A stretch of DNA of 64,000 nt from Spirochaetota bacterium (GTDB lineage: Bacteria; Spirochaetota; JAAYUW01; JAOAHJ01). Each line of letters starts with the position of its first letter. Within the stretch, counting starts at the first letter, position 1. The stretch covers positions 11,638 through 75,637 of the forward strand of contig JAOAHJ010000026.1 of assembly GCA_026415295.1 (NCBI GenBank). Direction: 5' to 3'. Positions 8,986-19,097 of this stretch are shown one piece after another. Under the pieces are notes generated by a model that ran no database searches, was not told the origin of the DNA, and worked only from the letters and a program-made list of their open reading frames with translations. The translations under genes were made by a program, and so were the position numbers.

Positions 8986-10959
8986 ATGCAAAGTTTTACA
9001 GTAATTATTAGTAGAGAAAATAAAACATGTTTTTCTTCAATTGATTTTTCTAAAATTTTTGAAGTTATTTCAAATGAATTAAATTTAACTTCGAATCTAT
9101 ATAGCATAACAACAACAGAAAAGCTAAGTTATGAATTTCATTTAATAAGTAGTAAAAGTAATTTAAAAATTAGAATTTTTATAGACTTAATAAAAAATAG
9201 ATCAAAATTATTTAAGTTTTCAGACAATAATCTAATTATATTAATATATGGAACTTTCTTAAATATTAAAGATTTTTTTTATAAAACAGATGAAGAAAAT
9301 CAAGATATAATATTACTATCAGATAAAGTAAAAGATTATTATATAAAAAATGATATATATACTTTTTTAAAAAGCATAAGAGGTGCATTTAATGGCATTG
9401 TTATAGATAACAAAAATGAAGAAATATTTGTATTCAATGATCAAATAGGATCAAAACCTATATTTTTTAGCATCCTTCAAAAGGAAGAAACCTTTATTTT
9501 TTCTTCAAAGTTATCTATAATTTCAAACTTTAGAAAAAAATTATATTATAAAAATAAAGCTAACTTAAATGCTTTTTATCAGATGCTATCTTTTGGCTAC
9601 CTTCTAAACAATGATACTTATATAGAAGAAATTATAAAATTTTATCCCGGCCAATTTGCTTTTTTTTCTTTAAATAAAAGAAAAACACCACTAAATATTA
9701 ACAAAAATAATTTAGACAAAATTAACTTAGAAATCAGAACCAATATTGAAGAAGAAGATTTTAAATTCATCTTAGATAGATATTTTATCTTAAAAAATTC
9801 ACCAATAATAAATGGTAAAATAGATGAAATTATTTATGAAATATTTAATAAATATATTGAAACAATTAAGTTGATTTTTGAATATGATAGATTTATTTAT
9901 GGTTATTTTTTTCAAAAATCTATAAATAACGAAAAAAATAGTATAAAAACAGATAACTTTAAACACTTTACTTTTCTCTCTGGAGGGCTCGATTCAAGAA
10001 TATTAGTCGGTCTTGCTTATAAAGCAGGGTATAAAAATATTTTATCAATAAACTTTGCTCAATCATTTTCTCAAGATAATGAATCAGCTCAATTAATTGC
10101 AGAAAAACTTAAAATAGATTATATTTTTAACTCATTAAACTACGGAAATTATCTCACAAAAAACTTAGATGAAATTTTAAAAGCAAACGATGGGCTTATA
10201 TTTTTTGCTGGTGCTTCTCATATGTTCGACACTATTTCAAAAATAAATTTAAATAATTGTGGCTTACTTATTAATGGGATTCTTATAGATGGATTTATGG
10301 GGGGTTATCTTGATCTATCAAATAAAAAAGATTTTTATAAACATTGGGCTTCATCAACTAAACTTATAGATAAAATAAATAATATAAATCAATATATTGA
10401 TTTTTTCGAGACAAGAGAAGAGTTTAATTCTTATAATAGAGGTATTAATGCAATAACTAATGGGTTCAGAATGATCGAATTTTTTGCAGAGTTTGCATCG
10501 CCTGCAAATGATTATCTACTATCCGATTTTGTTTTTAGAATTGGTCAAAAAATAAAATTTAGAAAAAATATATATGAAATTTTAAAATACGATCTTATTA
10601 TAAGATATCTCCCTGAGTTAAGGTGGATACTTTATCACAACAATCTTTCCCCAGTAATTGAAAATAAAATTATAAGCTCTATTTTTCATCTTCTAAATAA
10701 TATAAAAAGAATAATTATAAATAGGCCTTACTTTTCTCAAAATCCTTTCAAAAAATGGCTAAAAAATAATCCAAATATTATAAATAATTTTAATAAAATA
10801 TTTAATCTAGAAATAGAAAAAAATTTAAATATTTTGAATACCAATAAAGAACTTCTAAACGATATTAGAAATCTTTATTTCGAAGGTAATTTATCTGAAA
10901 AATCTATGACAATAACTTTGCTTAAAAGTATAAATTTACACAAAATTGATATTTTATGA
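8986..10959 (+). CDS. Asparagine-synthetase (AsnB)-like amidotransferase, lacking N-terminal Cys nucleophile
   Basis: NDQIGSKPIFF (cf. RDRFGIKPLYY) in N-domain, PP-loop FLSGGLDSR in synthetase domain; begins MQS... rather than MCG. Confidence 0.65.
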   Translation: MQSFTVIISRENKTCFSSIDFSKIFEVISNELNLTSNLYSITTTEKLSYEFHLISSKSNLKIRIFIDLIKNRSKLFKFSDNNLIILIYGTFLNIKDFFYKTDEENQDIILLSDKVKDYYIKNDIYTFLKSIRGAFNGIVIDNKNEEIFVFNDQIGSKPIFFSILQKEETFIFSSKLSIISNFRKKLYYKNKANLNAFYQMLSFGYLLNNDTYIEEIIKFYPGQFAFFSLNKRKTPLNINKNNLDKINLEIRTNIEEEDFKFILDRYFILKNSPIINGKIDEIIYEIFNKYIETIKLIFEYDRFIYGYFFQKSINNEKNSIKTDNFKHFTFLSGGLDSRILVGLAYKAGYKNILSINFAQSFSQDNESAQLIAEKLKIDYIFNSLNYGNYLTKNLDEILKANDGLIFFAGASHMFDTISKINLNNCGLLINGILIDGFMGGYLDLSNKKDFYKHWASSTKLIDKINNINQYIDFFETREEFNSYNRGINAITNGFRMIEFFAEFASPANDYLLSDFVFRIGQKIKFRKNIYEILKYDLIIRYLPELRWILYHNNLSPVIENKIISSIFHLLNNIKRIIINRPYFSQNPFKKWLKNNPNIINNFNKIFNLEIEKNLNILNTNKELLNDIRNLYFEGNLSEKSMTITLLKSINLHKIDIL

Positions 10960-12320
10960 ATAAAAATATACTTTTTATTGCAACATACTTTCCTCCAGAT
11001 TCTGGAGTTTCTCCAAAAATAAACTATAAAACAGCACAATTATTAAAATCTCTTGGGAACAATGTTTATGTTTTAACAAAAAAAAAGTTCAAAATAGAAG
11101 ATAATTCATATAATATCAATGAGTTTGAAACTTTTTTTTTCTTTTCATACAATGAAACAATTATAAGGTTTTTTGTACCTTTTTTAAGATTTATTAAAAC
11201 ACCTCCAGTTTCAACAAACTTTTTTTATGTAAAAAGTATAGTTAAAATATCAAAAAAAATAATAAAAAACAAAAAAATAGATATAATATATTCAGTTTTT
11301 GGTACAGGGAACGAACATGAAGCTTCTTACAGACTTAAAAAGATTTTCCCTCATATTATTTGGATTTCTGAATATCAAGATCCATGGATAAACTATAATT
11401 TAATTTATTTAAAATATTTTGATAAATACGCAAATAAATTATATAAAAATTATATTCTAAAAAAATTTAATAAAATCTATTTTAACCATATTAATTCTTC
11501 AGATTATATTCTTGTTGAAACACCTTTACATGAAAACAAGTTAAAAAATCTTATAATTGAAAATAATAATATCAAGAATAAAAATATAGAAAAAATTAAA
11601 CTAAATCTAATCGGATATTGTGGTGAAAACAAAGAGATAGTAATTAATAATTATGAAGAAAACGAATATTATAAGTTTATAAAAGAAAACTTCAAAATAA
11701 AAAATATACCATTGATTATTTTTACTGGATCTACATATTCTGGTTATGACTATATTCTTGAAGCTTTCATTAATATATTAATAGAACTTTTTAAAGAAAA
11801 TTATAAATTTTATTTCTTCTCTTTTGGAAATAATCATTTTGATCATTACATTAAAAAGCTTATTAAAAATAGTGAAGATAAAAATTGTCCTAAGAATGAT
11901 GAAAATAATGAAAAAAATATTAATAAAATCCTAAATTTTAATTTAAACTTTAATAACATTTTCAATATTTACACTTTTCCATTTATTGAACACAAAAAAT
12001 TATTAAAAATTCTAACTCTTTTTGATTTTGGTTTAACTGTAATAATGAAAGAATATAAAGAAAACATAAATAGCAAACTATATGAATATGCCTACTTTCA
12101 AATTCCTATATTATCCATATCCCCTGAAGATGGAAGCATGGCTTATCTTATAAATAAATATAAAATAGGCTATATTTTATCTTATGAAAAGGATAAAATG
12201 AAAGAAAATTTAAAAGAGATACTTACTTCTTTTTATAAAAATCAATGTTTAAAAATAAGCAATGAAACATCAGAACTTTTTAAAAAAGAGAACCTATTTA
12301 ATTTTCCATTAAAAAACTAA
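10956..12320 (+). CDS. Hypothetical protein, possible GT-B glycosyltransferase
   Basis: ILFIATYFPPDSG N-terminus similar to GT4 N-domains; 4-nt overlap with upstream gene; low-complexity K/N-rich interior. Confidence 0.4.
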   Translation: MNKNILFIATYFPPDSGVSPKINYKTAQLLKSLGNNVYVLTKKKFKIEDNSYNINEFETFFFFSYNETIIRFFVPFLRFIKTPPVSTNFFYVKSIVKISKKIIKNKKIDIIYSVFGTGNEHEASYRLKKIFPHIIWISEYQDPWINYNLIYLKYFDKYANKLYKNYILKKFNKIYFNHINSSDYILVETPLHENKLKNLIIENNNIKNKNIEKIKLNLIGYCGENKEIVINNYEENEYYKFIKENFKIKNIPLIIFTGSTYSGYDYILEAFINILIELFKENYKFYFFSFGNNHFDHYIKKLIKNSEDKNCPKNDENNEKNINKILNFNLNFNNIFNIYTFPFIEHKKLLKILTLFDFGLTVIMKEYKENINSKLYEYAYFQIPILSISPEDGSMAYLINKYKIGYILSYEKDKMKENLKEILTSFYKNQCLKISNETSELFKKENLFNFPLKN

Positions 12321-12343
12321 AATTAAAAGATAAAATTTAAATT

Positions 12344-14230
12344 TTAGTTTACAAACTTTTGTTCATTATAAATTTTCAAATTTGCTTCTGGAATTAATTC
12401 TTTTAACCATTTTCTTAGTTCTTCTCTATTCATATCTAATATATCATTAATTTTGATCTGAATCAGCTTTGAAAAAGCTTTTAAAACTTCTTCTTTATCT
12501 TCATCTACCCTAAATATTTTTTCATGTTCAGTTTTTTCAACTTTATCTTTATCAAAAAAAAGCTCTTCATACATCTTTTCTCCAGGCCTTAAGCCAGTAT
12601 ATACTATTTTTATATCTTTATCTGGAATAAATCCATAAAGTTTTATAAGTTCTTTAGCAATATCTACAACTTTAAATTGTTTACCCATATCAAGAACATA
12701 AATAGAACCATTATCATTAAAAGATGCAGCATTAATAAGAAGTAAACTTGCCTCAGGAATAGTCATAAAAAATCTAGTAATTTCTGGATGAGTAACAGTT
12801 ACAGGACCACCTCTCTCAATCTGCTCAATAAAAAGTGGAAGAACTGAGCCTCTTGAACCAATTACATTACCAAATCTAACAATTGATGTTTTGATGCCAT
12901 ATCTATAAAAAAACCCATAAGTTAAGATTTCCCCAAGCCTTTTTGTTGCCCCCATTATATTTTCAGGATTTACAGCTTTATCAGTAGAAACAAATATAAA
13001 TTTTTCAACATTATATTTATAACAAAGTTCAAGTATATTTAAAGTTCCAAATAGATTGTTATTTATGGCTTCATATTCATTTAGTTCCATAAGAGGTACA
13101 TGTTTATGTGCTGCAGCATGAAAAACTAGATCTGGTTTGTAATGACAAAAAATTTTATCAAAAAGTTCTTTATCTTTAATGTCAATTATTTTATAAATAA
13201 TTTTGCTTGCAAAATCGGAAAGCTCTCTTTTTGAAAGAAACTCGGAAATATTTTTAATTAAGTTATAAATTGAATATTCTCCTCTACCGGTTGCAATTAT
13301 TAGTTCTGGTTCAAAGTTTATAAGCTGTTTTGTAATCTCAGATCCTATTGAACCCCCAGCACCTGTTATAAGAATTTTTTTGCCTTTATAAAAACTTTTT
13401 AACTTTATCTCATCAATTCTTACCTCTTCTCTACCAATAAGATCTGATAGATCAATATTTCTTAACTCCTTTATAAGTGGTCTTTTATCATTTAATTCAA
13501 GAAGGTGGGGCAAAACTTGTATATCAATAATATTTCTCTTATCTATTTCTTTTATTCTATCTACTATCCTATTTATCTGATAAGAATTTGCAGATGGAAT
13601 TGCTATTATAATTTTTTCTACAATAAATTTATCAACTATTTTTTTTATTAGATCTATAGATCCAAATATTTTTTTGCCTGATATTATCTTCCCTTTTTTA
13701 GAAGGATCATCATCAAGAAAACCGATTATATGCTTTTGCAATCCAAATTTTATATATTCATTTAATATTATTCTTCCAGCTTCTCCAGCTCCGATAATTA
13801 ATGTATTAACTTTTTTATCAGTATCTAAAAATATCTTATTTACATTTCTAACTTTAGAAAACTTTTTTAGTCTATAAAATATTCTATATAAAATAGTAAA
13901 AAATAGTATTAAAAAAAAAGTCAAAAAAATTTGTGGTTGAGAAAAACCAATATTTATAATTTTCAATAAAATAAAAATCAAACAAAAAGATATTAAATTT
14001 ACTACTGAAAGTTTTATAAGATCACTAAAAGAGCAGTATTTCCATAAAATTTTATAGACCCCACTTATATAAAATACAAAAATATAATTAATAGAAAAAA
14101 TTAAAAAATATATAAAATTTAAATAATAGGAATGACTCAATAGATCAGGATAAAATCTTATAAAATAAGATATATAATAGGAAAAAATAATAATTAATAA
14201 ATCAAATATTAAATCTAAATATTTTTTCAT
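12344..14230 (-). CDS. Membrane-bound UDP-GlcNAc 4,6-dehydratase (PglF/WbpM/CapD family)
   Basis: Four N-terminal TM helices, two Rossmann regions (IGAGEAGR; ITGAGGSIGSE), FVSTDKAVNP..MGATKRLGE catalytic motif. Confidence 0.9.
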   Translation of the reverse strand: MKKYLDLIFDLLIIIFSYYISYFIRFYPDLLSHSYYLNFIYFLIFSINYIFVFYISGVYKILWKYCSFSDLIKLSVVNLISFCLIFILLKIINIGFSQPQIFLTFFLILFFTILYRIFYRLKKFSKVRNVNKIFLDTDKKVNTLIIGAGEAGRIILNEYIKFGLQKHIIGFLDDDPSKKGKIISGKKIFGSIDLIKKIVDKFIVEKIIIAIPSANSYQINRIVDRIKEIDKRNIIDIQVLPHLLELNDKRPLIKELRNIDLSDLIGREEVRIDEIKLKSFYKGKKILITGAGGSIGSEITKQLINFEPELIIATGRGEYSIYNLIKNISEFLSKRELSDFASKIIYKIIDIKDKELFDKIFCHYKPDLVFHAAAHKHVPLMELNEYEAINNNLFGTLNILELCYKYNVEKFIFVSTDKAVNPENIMGATKRLGEILTYGFFYRYGIKTSIVRFGNVIGSRGSVLPLFIEQIERGGPVTVTHPEITRFFMTIPEASLLLINAASFNDNGSIYVLDMGKQFKVVDIAKELIKLYGFIPDKDIKIVYTGLRPGEKMYEELFFDKDKVEKTEHEKIFRVDEDKEEVLKAFSKLIQIKINDILDMNREELRKWLKELIPEANLKIYNEQKFVN

Positions 14231-14258
14231 ATAAAAAAATTTTTTAAAAAATAGTTTC

Positions 14259-15380
14259 TTAGCAGGAATAAGTTAGAACTTTTTCGATAATGTATTCGAT
14301 TTCTTCATCCTTTAATCCAGGATAGATAGGTAATGATAATGATTTTCTAAAAACTTCATTTGCTATAGGATAATCTTTTTCTCTATAACCATATTTTTCT
14401 TTATAGTATGGATGCTTATGAACAGGGATAAAATGAACAGATGTATTTATCCCATTTTCTTTTAGCTTATTGTAAAGTTCATCTCTATTGTTAACTTTTA
14501 TAACATAAAGATGCCAAGATGTTTTCCTATCATCCTTAATAAAAGGTATCTCTATTTTTGAGTTTGCAAAAGCTTCACTATATTTTCTTGCAATTTTTTC
14601 TCTTTCATCATTCATCCAAAAAGCTTTTTTAAGTTGTGCAAGCCCTATTGCTGAACAGACATCTGTTAAATTATACTTATAACCATTATCTATCACTTCA
14701 TAATACCAATCTCCACCTCTATACCTATCCCAAACATCTCTATTTATACCATGCAATCTATTTACCTTTATTTTTGATGCAAAATTATCATTGTTTGTTG
14801 TAGCCATCCCTCCTTCACCTGTTGCAAGAGTTTTTGTTGCATAAAAAGAAAAACATGTTACATCTGATCCATGAAGATTGCCTACAATATTATTTTTGTA
14901 GTAGGAAGGAAAAGCATGAGCTGCATCTTCTACAACATACAAATTATATTTTTTTGCAATATTATATATCTCATCCATATCACATGGTTGTCCTCCAAAA
15001 TGAACAGGTATAATAGCTTTCGTTTTTTTTGTTATCAGTGGTTCAATTTTTTTAACATCAATATTATGAGTTTCATACTCAATGTCACATAAAACAGGTA
15101 TTGCTCCAAAATAAGTTACAACTTCAGCTGTTGCAATAAATGTATTTGTTGGAAGAATAACTTCATCATTTTCCTTTATGCCTACTGCTTTTAAAGCTAA
15201 ATGTAAAGCTGCTGTTGCAGATGCTACTCCAAAGGAATATTTTGAGCCTATAACCTTTCTAAACTCTTCTTCAAAAAGTAGAGTTTTTTTACCAGTTGTA
15301 AGCCAACCAGATTTAACTGATTCAACTACCTCATTTATTTCATCATCTGTTATATATGGTTTATGAAACATTATATTCAT
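14259..15380 (-). CDS. DegT/DnrJ/EryC1-family PLP-dependent sugar aminotransferase (PglE-like)
   Basis: Fold-type I sugar aminotransferase motifs (ASATAALHLAL, FSFYATKTLATGEGG); directly downstream of the PglF-like dehydratase. Confidence 0.9.
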   Translation of the reverse strand: MNIMFHKPYITDDEINEVVESVKSGWLTTGKKTLLFEEEFRKVIGSKYSFGVASATAALHLALKAVGIKENDEVILPTNTFIATAEVVTYFGAIPVLCDIEYETHNIDVKKIEPLITKKTKAIIPVHFGGQPCDMDEIYNIAKKYNLYVVEDAAHAFPSYYKNNIVGNLHGSDVTCFSFYATKTLATGEGGMATTNNDNFASKIKVNRLHGINRDVWDRYRGGDWYYEVIDNGYKYNLTDVCSAIGLAQLKKAFWMNDEREKIARKYSEAFANSKIEIPFIKDDRKTSWHLYVIKVNNRDELYNKLKENGINTSVHFIPVHKHPYYKEKYGYREKDYPIANEVFRKSLSLPIYPGLKDEEIEYIIEKVLTYSC

Positions 15381-16872
15381 AATTTAATATCTCCTTATTT
15401 TTTTTCATAAAAAGCCCAATAAGTAAAGAATAAAAAGGACCTACAAGAGGATGCCCAAAAATATAATCAGTTAGTCCTCCGATTATAAAAAAAACTAATA
15501 GTGAAAAGAATAAAATATAATAGAATCTATCCTCTTTTTCTTTTATAATATTTCGTATCAATTTATAAAAAGATAATAAAACAATAAAAAGAAAAACTAA
15601 AAATGAAAAAAAACCAAACTCTGAAAATATTTGAAGAAAATCATTATGACAATGAGAATGTCGTGTAAAATTATTATGAAAATATCTATTTAAATCTTTA
15701 TTATTATTAACATAGTAATTCCAGGCAAAAGGACCTGTACCTGTTAAAAATCTCTTTTTTATTACCTCCAAAGAAACTGATATCAATGCTGCTCTTTCTG
15801 CTGATTCAAAATATATTAAATCTTTCCTTGATGTTATTTCTGGATGAAACAACCATGAACTTATTTGCTTTATTTCATAACCAGCATTTATAACTCTTCT
15901 AAATATCCAGTAATCTTTTATAAATTTATCCAATAAAAATTTTCTTGAAATTGTAACTACTTTTACAATATTTTTATTTAATTTTCCCTCAAATATAGGC
16001 TCAATAATTATAAAAATTGATATTAGAAAAATAATAATAACTAGTATAGAAAAAGTTTTTAAAAAAATACTTCTTGACAGAAAAAAAAGGGATAAAATTA
16101 AAAAAATAAAAACAGATAAAAAGAAAGCTATTAATACAGACCTTGTCCCAGATGATAAAAAAGAGATAGAGGCTAAAATGACAGAAAAAATAAAAATAAT
16201 AATAGAAATAAATAAGTAAAATATTTTTTTTATTTTTTTAATATTGTTTTTATTAATATTTTTAACAAAACAGAAAAAATTAAATACGATGAAAAAAAGA
16301 GGAATTATTGTACAATAAGCATAACCTACTGCATTTCTTAATAAACCACTTCTTCTATCAGAAAATATTCCAGATAAGTTTTTATATAAACTGAAAAGAT
16401 ATAAAATATTTATAATATAAAAAAGTAAAATAATAAGATTTGAAAAAAGATATATTTTAAAGTTTAAATTTAGAAAAACTTTGTAATAAAGTGAAAAAAT
16501 ATAAAAAGAAGCACACATTATTAAAAAAATTATGAAATAAATAGGTAGTCTTAAAAAGCTTAATTTATAATTATATGAAAAAATAAAAGATAATATAAAA
16601 AAAAGTAAAAAAGAAAAGATAAAACCAAACTCTATACTTTTAAATAAAATTAGATTTTCGGAGTTGCTTGAATGATAAGAAATTAATTCAATATTTTTTC
16701 TTTCTTTTGATTTGAAATAATTTAAAATTAAGAAATCAACAAAAAAAAATAAAATAATAAATACTTGAAATAGTGTAGATAAAGAAATGGATACTATAGA
16801 TGTTGAAAATAAAAAAACAAACAAAAAGTATAATACAATTCTCTTTTCTAATAAACTCTCTTTACTCATCAA
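15361..16872 (-). CDS. O-antigen ligase / polymerase family membrane protein (Wzy_C domain)
   Basis: Polytopic; large loop with HSHCHNDFLQIFSEFGFFSF resembling the H-N-x-Y/F-L..E.G motif of WaaL/Wzy. Confidence 0.6.
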   Translation of the reverse strand: MMSKESLLEKRIVLYFLFVFLFSTSIVSISLSTLFQVFIILFFFVDFLILNYFKSKERKNIELISYHSSNSENLILFKSIEFGFIFSFLLFFILSFIFSYNYKLSFLRLPIYFIIFLIMCASFYIFSLYYKVFLNLNFKIYLFSNLIILLFYIINILYLFSLYKNLSGIFSDRRSGLLRNAVGYAYCTIIPLFFIVFNFFCFVKNINKNNIKKIKKIFYLFISIIIFIFSVILASISFLSSGTRSVLIAFFLSVFIFLILSLFFLSRSIFLKTFSILVIIIFLISIFIIIEPIFEGKLNKNIVKVVTISRKFLLDKFIKDYWIFRRVINAGYEIKQISSWLFHPEITSRKDLIYFESAERAALISVSLEVIKKRFLTGTGPFAWNYYVNNNKDLNRYFHNNFTRHSHCHNDFLQIFSEFGFFSFLVFLFIVLLSFYKLIRNIIKEKEDRFYYILFFSLLVFFIIGGLTDYIFGHPLVGPFYSLLIGLFMKKNKEILNYEYNVS

Positions 16873-16905
16873 AAGAATAATATCTAAAATATTATTTTTA
16901 GCTAT

Positions 16906-17976
16906 TTATTTTTTTTTTAATTTTTCGATCTCATTTTCAAGATTCTCAACCTTCTTTTCAGTTACTGATATCATATAGAAAAAGAGCATAGAAAGTATAT
17001 AGATCAAAACAATAGTTATTAATGCATGAATAGGCTGAAGATAAAGTATTATTATTGCAAAACTACCATAAACAATGGTTATAGTATAAAGTAAAAGAAG
17101 TATTCCTTTATTTGAAAAACCAAGATCCATCAGTCTATGATGTATATGGTTTTTATCAGCTGTAAATATATGATATCCATTTTTTATTCTTTTGTGTGAA
17201 ACACTTACAATATCTATAATTGGTACTGAAAGAAGCATCAAGGGTATAACAAAGATTGTAAGAGTCGAAAGTTTCTTTATTCCAATCAAAGGCAATATCG
17301 AGTAAATAAAACCTAAAAAATATGCCCCTCCATCACCCATAAATATTTTTGCTGGTGGAAAATTAAATATCAAAAATGCAAATGTAGATAAAGATAAAGA
17401 GAGAGAAATATAAAAAACAAGTAAATTATTTTGAATAAAACCTATAATTGTTACAAAAATAAAAGATATAAAAAGTATTCCTCCAGCAAGACCATCCATT
17501 CCATCAAGCATATTTATAGCATTCATAAATGCAGCTATCCATAAAGGAGTAAAAATATAAGTAAAATAGCCAAAATCTATTTTTATAAATCCAGGAATAT
17601 TTATACCATCAAAACTTAATCCAGAAAAACATACAATTAATCCAGAAATTATTTGTAAAAAAAGTTTTAATCTTGCCTTTATATGAACAAGATCATCAAT
17701 AAAACCTGTTAAGAAAGCAACAGTAAAAGCTAATAAAAAAAGATAGGGATTAAAATTAAATTTTATATTTTTTATAAATAGAAGATATAAATAAAAGACT
17801 AAAAAACCTGTAAAAATAGCTAAACCTCCAAGTCTGCTTATATTTCTTTTATGAATCTTTCTTTCATCAATATAGTCAAATAGTTTCTTTTTATGACTTA
17901 TATAATTAATCAATGGAATTAATAAAAATGAGACTATAAAAGGAATAATAATAAAAAAATTAAATTCTATCTTCAT
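16906..17976 (-). CDS. Polyprenyl-phosphate HexNAc-1-phosphate transferase (WecA/WbpL, MraY family)
   Basis: NAINMLDGMDGLAGG, DD motifs and 10-11 TM segments typical of MraY/WecA family. Confidence 0.9.
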   Translation of the reverse strand: MKIEFNFFIIIPFIVSFLLIPLINYISHKKKLFDYIDERKIHKRNISRLGGLAIFTGFLVFYLYLLFIKNIKFNFNPYLFLLAFTVAFLTGFIDDLVHIKARLKLFLQIISGLIVCFSGLSFDGINIPGFIKIDFGYFTYIFTPLWIAAFMNAINMLDGMDGLAGGILFISFIFVTIIGFIQNNLLVFYISLSLSLSTFAFLIFNFPPAKIFMGDGGAYFLGFIYSILPLIGIKKLSTLTIFVIPLMLLSVPIIDIVSVSHKRIKNGYHIFTADKNHIHHRLMDLGFSNKGILLLLYTITIVYGSFAIIILYLQPIHALITIVLIYILSMLFFYMISVTEKKVENLENEIEKLKKK

Positions 17977-18175
17977 CTATTCTATCCATCTAAAAATTTG
18001 TATTATTTAAACATTTTATATAATTTATTTTATTATATAGCACAAAATTTTGGAAAGAGGAGAAAAATAAATAAGATTTTTTTACTAATATATTATTAAT
18101 AAATAATTTAACAATAATGTTATGAGTAATATTATTTATTATAATAAATAACTCAATATTATCAAAAATAAAAAT

Positions 18176-19084
18176 TTATTCTTTTATTTTATTCCAATGT
18201 TTTTTGAAAAAATCAATCAAAAATACAAAAAATATTGATATAAAAAAAGAAAAAACTGTTAAAATAAAAATTTTTATTAAAAAACTTTTTAAGTCAAATT
18301 TTATTTCTTCTTCTTCTTCTTTATCAATTGACTTATAGTTATTAATTTTATAATTAATATTTTCTATTATTTTTTTATAAAATATATTGTATTTTTGATA
18401 ATTCACTATTATTATTTCAGTCAAACTGCTTAATATTTTATTATAATTTTCTTCATAAGAGATAATAATATTGTTTTCATTTTCAAAATAATTCTCTAAA
18501 AAATTAATTAAATTTATTGAATTTATAAACAAATCTTCTGCATTTCCATAATTATTCACTTTTTCTAAATTTGTAATGTAATTTAAATTATAGCTCTGAA
18601 AACTAAAAGGATTAATAATCTTATCTTTAAATAAAGAATAAAAAATAATATTTTTAGTTAAATTAATAAACCTGATTTTTTCTTCATTTTCAAATTTATT
18701 TTCTTTATTAAAACAAAATTTTATTTTATAAACTGGATAAGAAGATGGGTTATTTATATATTCATTTGATAAATCACTTGGAAAAATATCATTATTTTTT
18801 ATGTTATTAAATAAAATTATATTTTTGTTTAAGTGAAATTTAAGCATATTTTTTATATTTTGAAAAACTTCATAATTAAAATCTCCATTATATTCGATTG
18901 TATAAATATAATATCTTAATTTTTTACTTTTATTTAAAATGAATTTGTAATTATTTAATGATTTAATAAAAATAAAAACCCCTCCAATAATAGTAATTAT
19001 TATAGTAAATACAATAATAAATTTTTTATACTTCCACAAAATTTTAAATACATCAATTAAACTAAGTTCTTCACCATTATTCAT
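18176..19084 (-). CDS. Wzz-like polysaccharide co-polymerase / chain-length determinant candidate
   Basis: N-terminal and C-terminal TM helices flanking ~230-aa soluble domain; position between initiating transferase and GT genes. Confidence 0.45.
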   Translation of the reverse strand: MNNGEELSLIDVFKILWKYKKFIIVFTIIITIIGGVFIFIKSLNNYKFILNKSKKLRYYIYTIEYNGDFNYEVFQNIKNMLKFHLNKNIILFNNIKNNDIFPSDLSNEYINNPSSYPVYKIKFCFNKENKFENEEKIRFINLTKNIIFYSLFKDKIINPFSFQSYNLNYITNLEKVNNYGNAEDLFINSINLINFLENYFENENNIIISYEENYNKILSSLTEIIIVNYQKYNIFYKKIIENINYKINNYKSIDKEEEEEIKFDLKSFLIKIFILTVFSFFISIFFVFLIDFFKKHWNKIKE

Positions 19085-19097
19085 TTATTTTCCTCCT

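Noticed and set aside
12321-12343. AAAATTTAAATTTT AT-only palindrome between convergent genes, possible terminator
   Set aside because: No G/C stem; cannot form a stable hairpin; in this composition such palindromes are expected by chance.
13674-13877. 67-aa plus-strand ORF
   Set aside because: Antisense to the PglF-like gene; no start context.
14822-15366. Three short plus-strand ORFs (63, 73, 62 aa)
   Set aside because: All antisense to the DegT aminotransferase gene.
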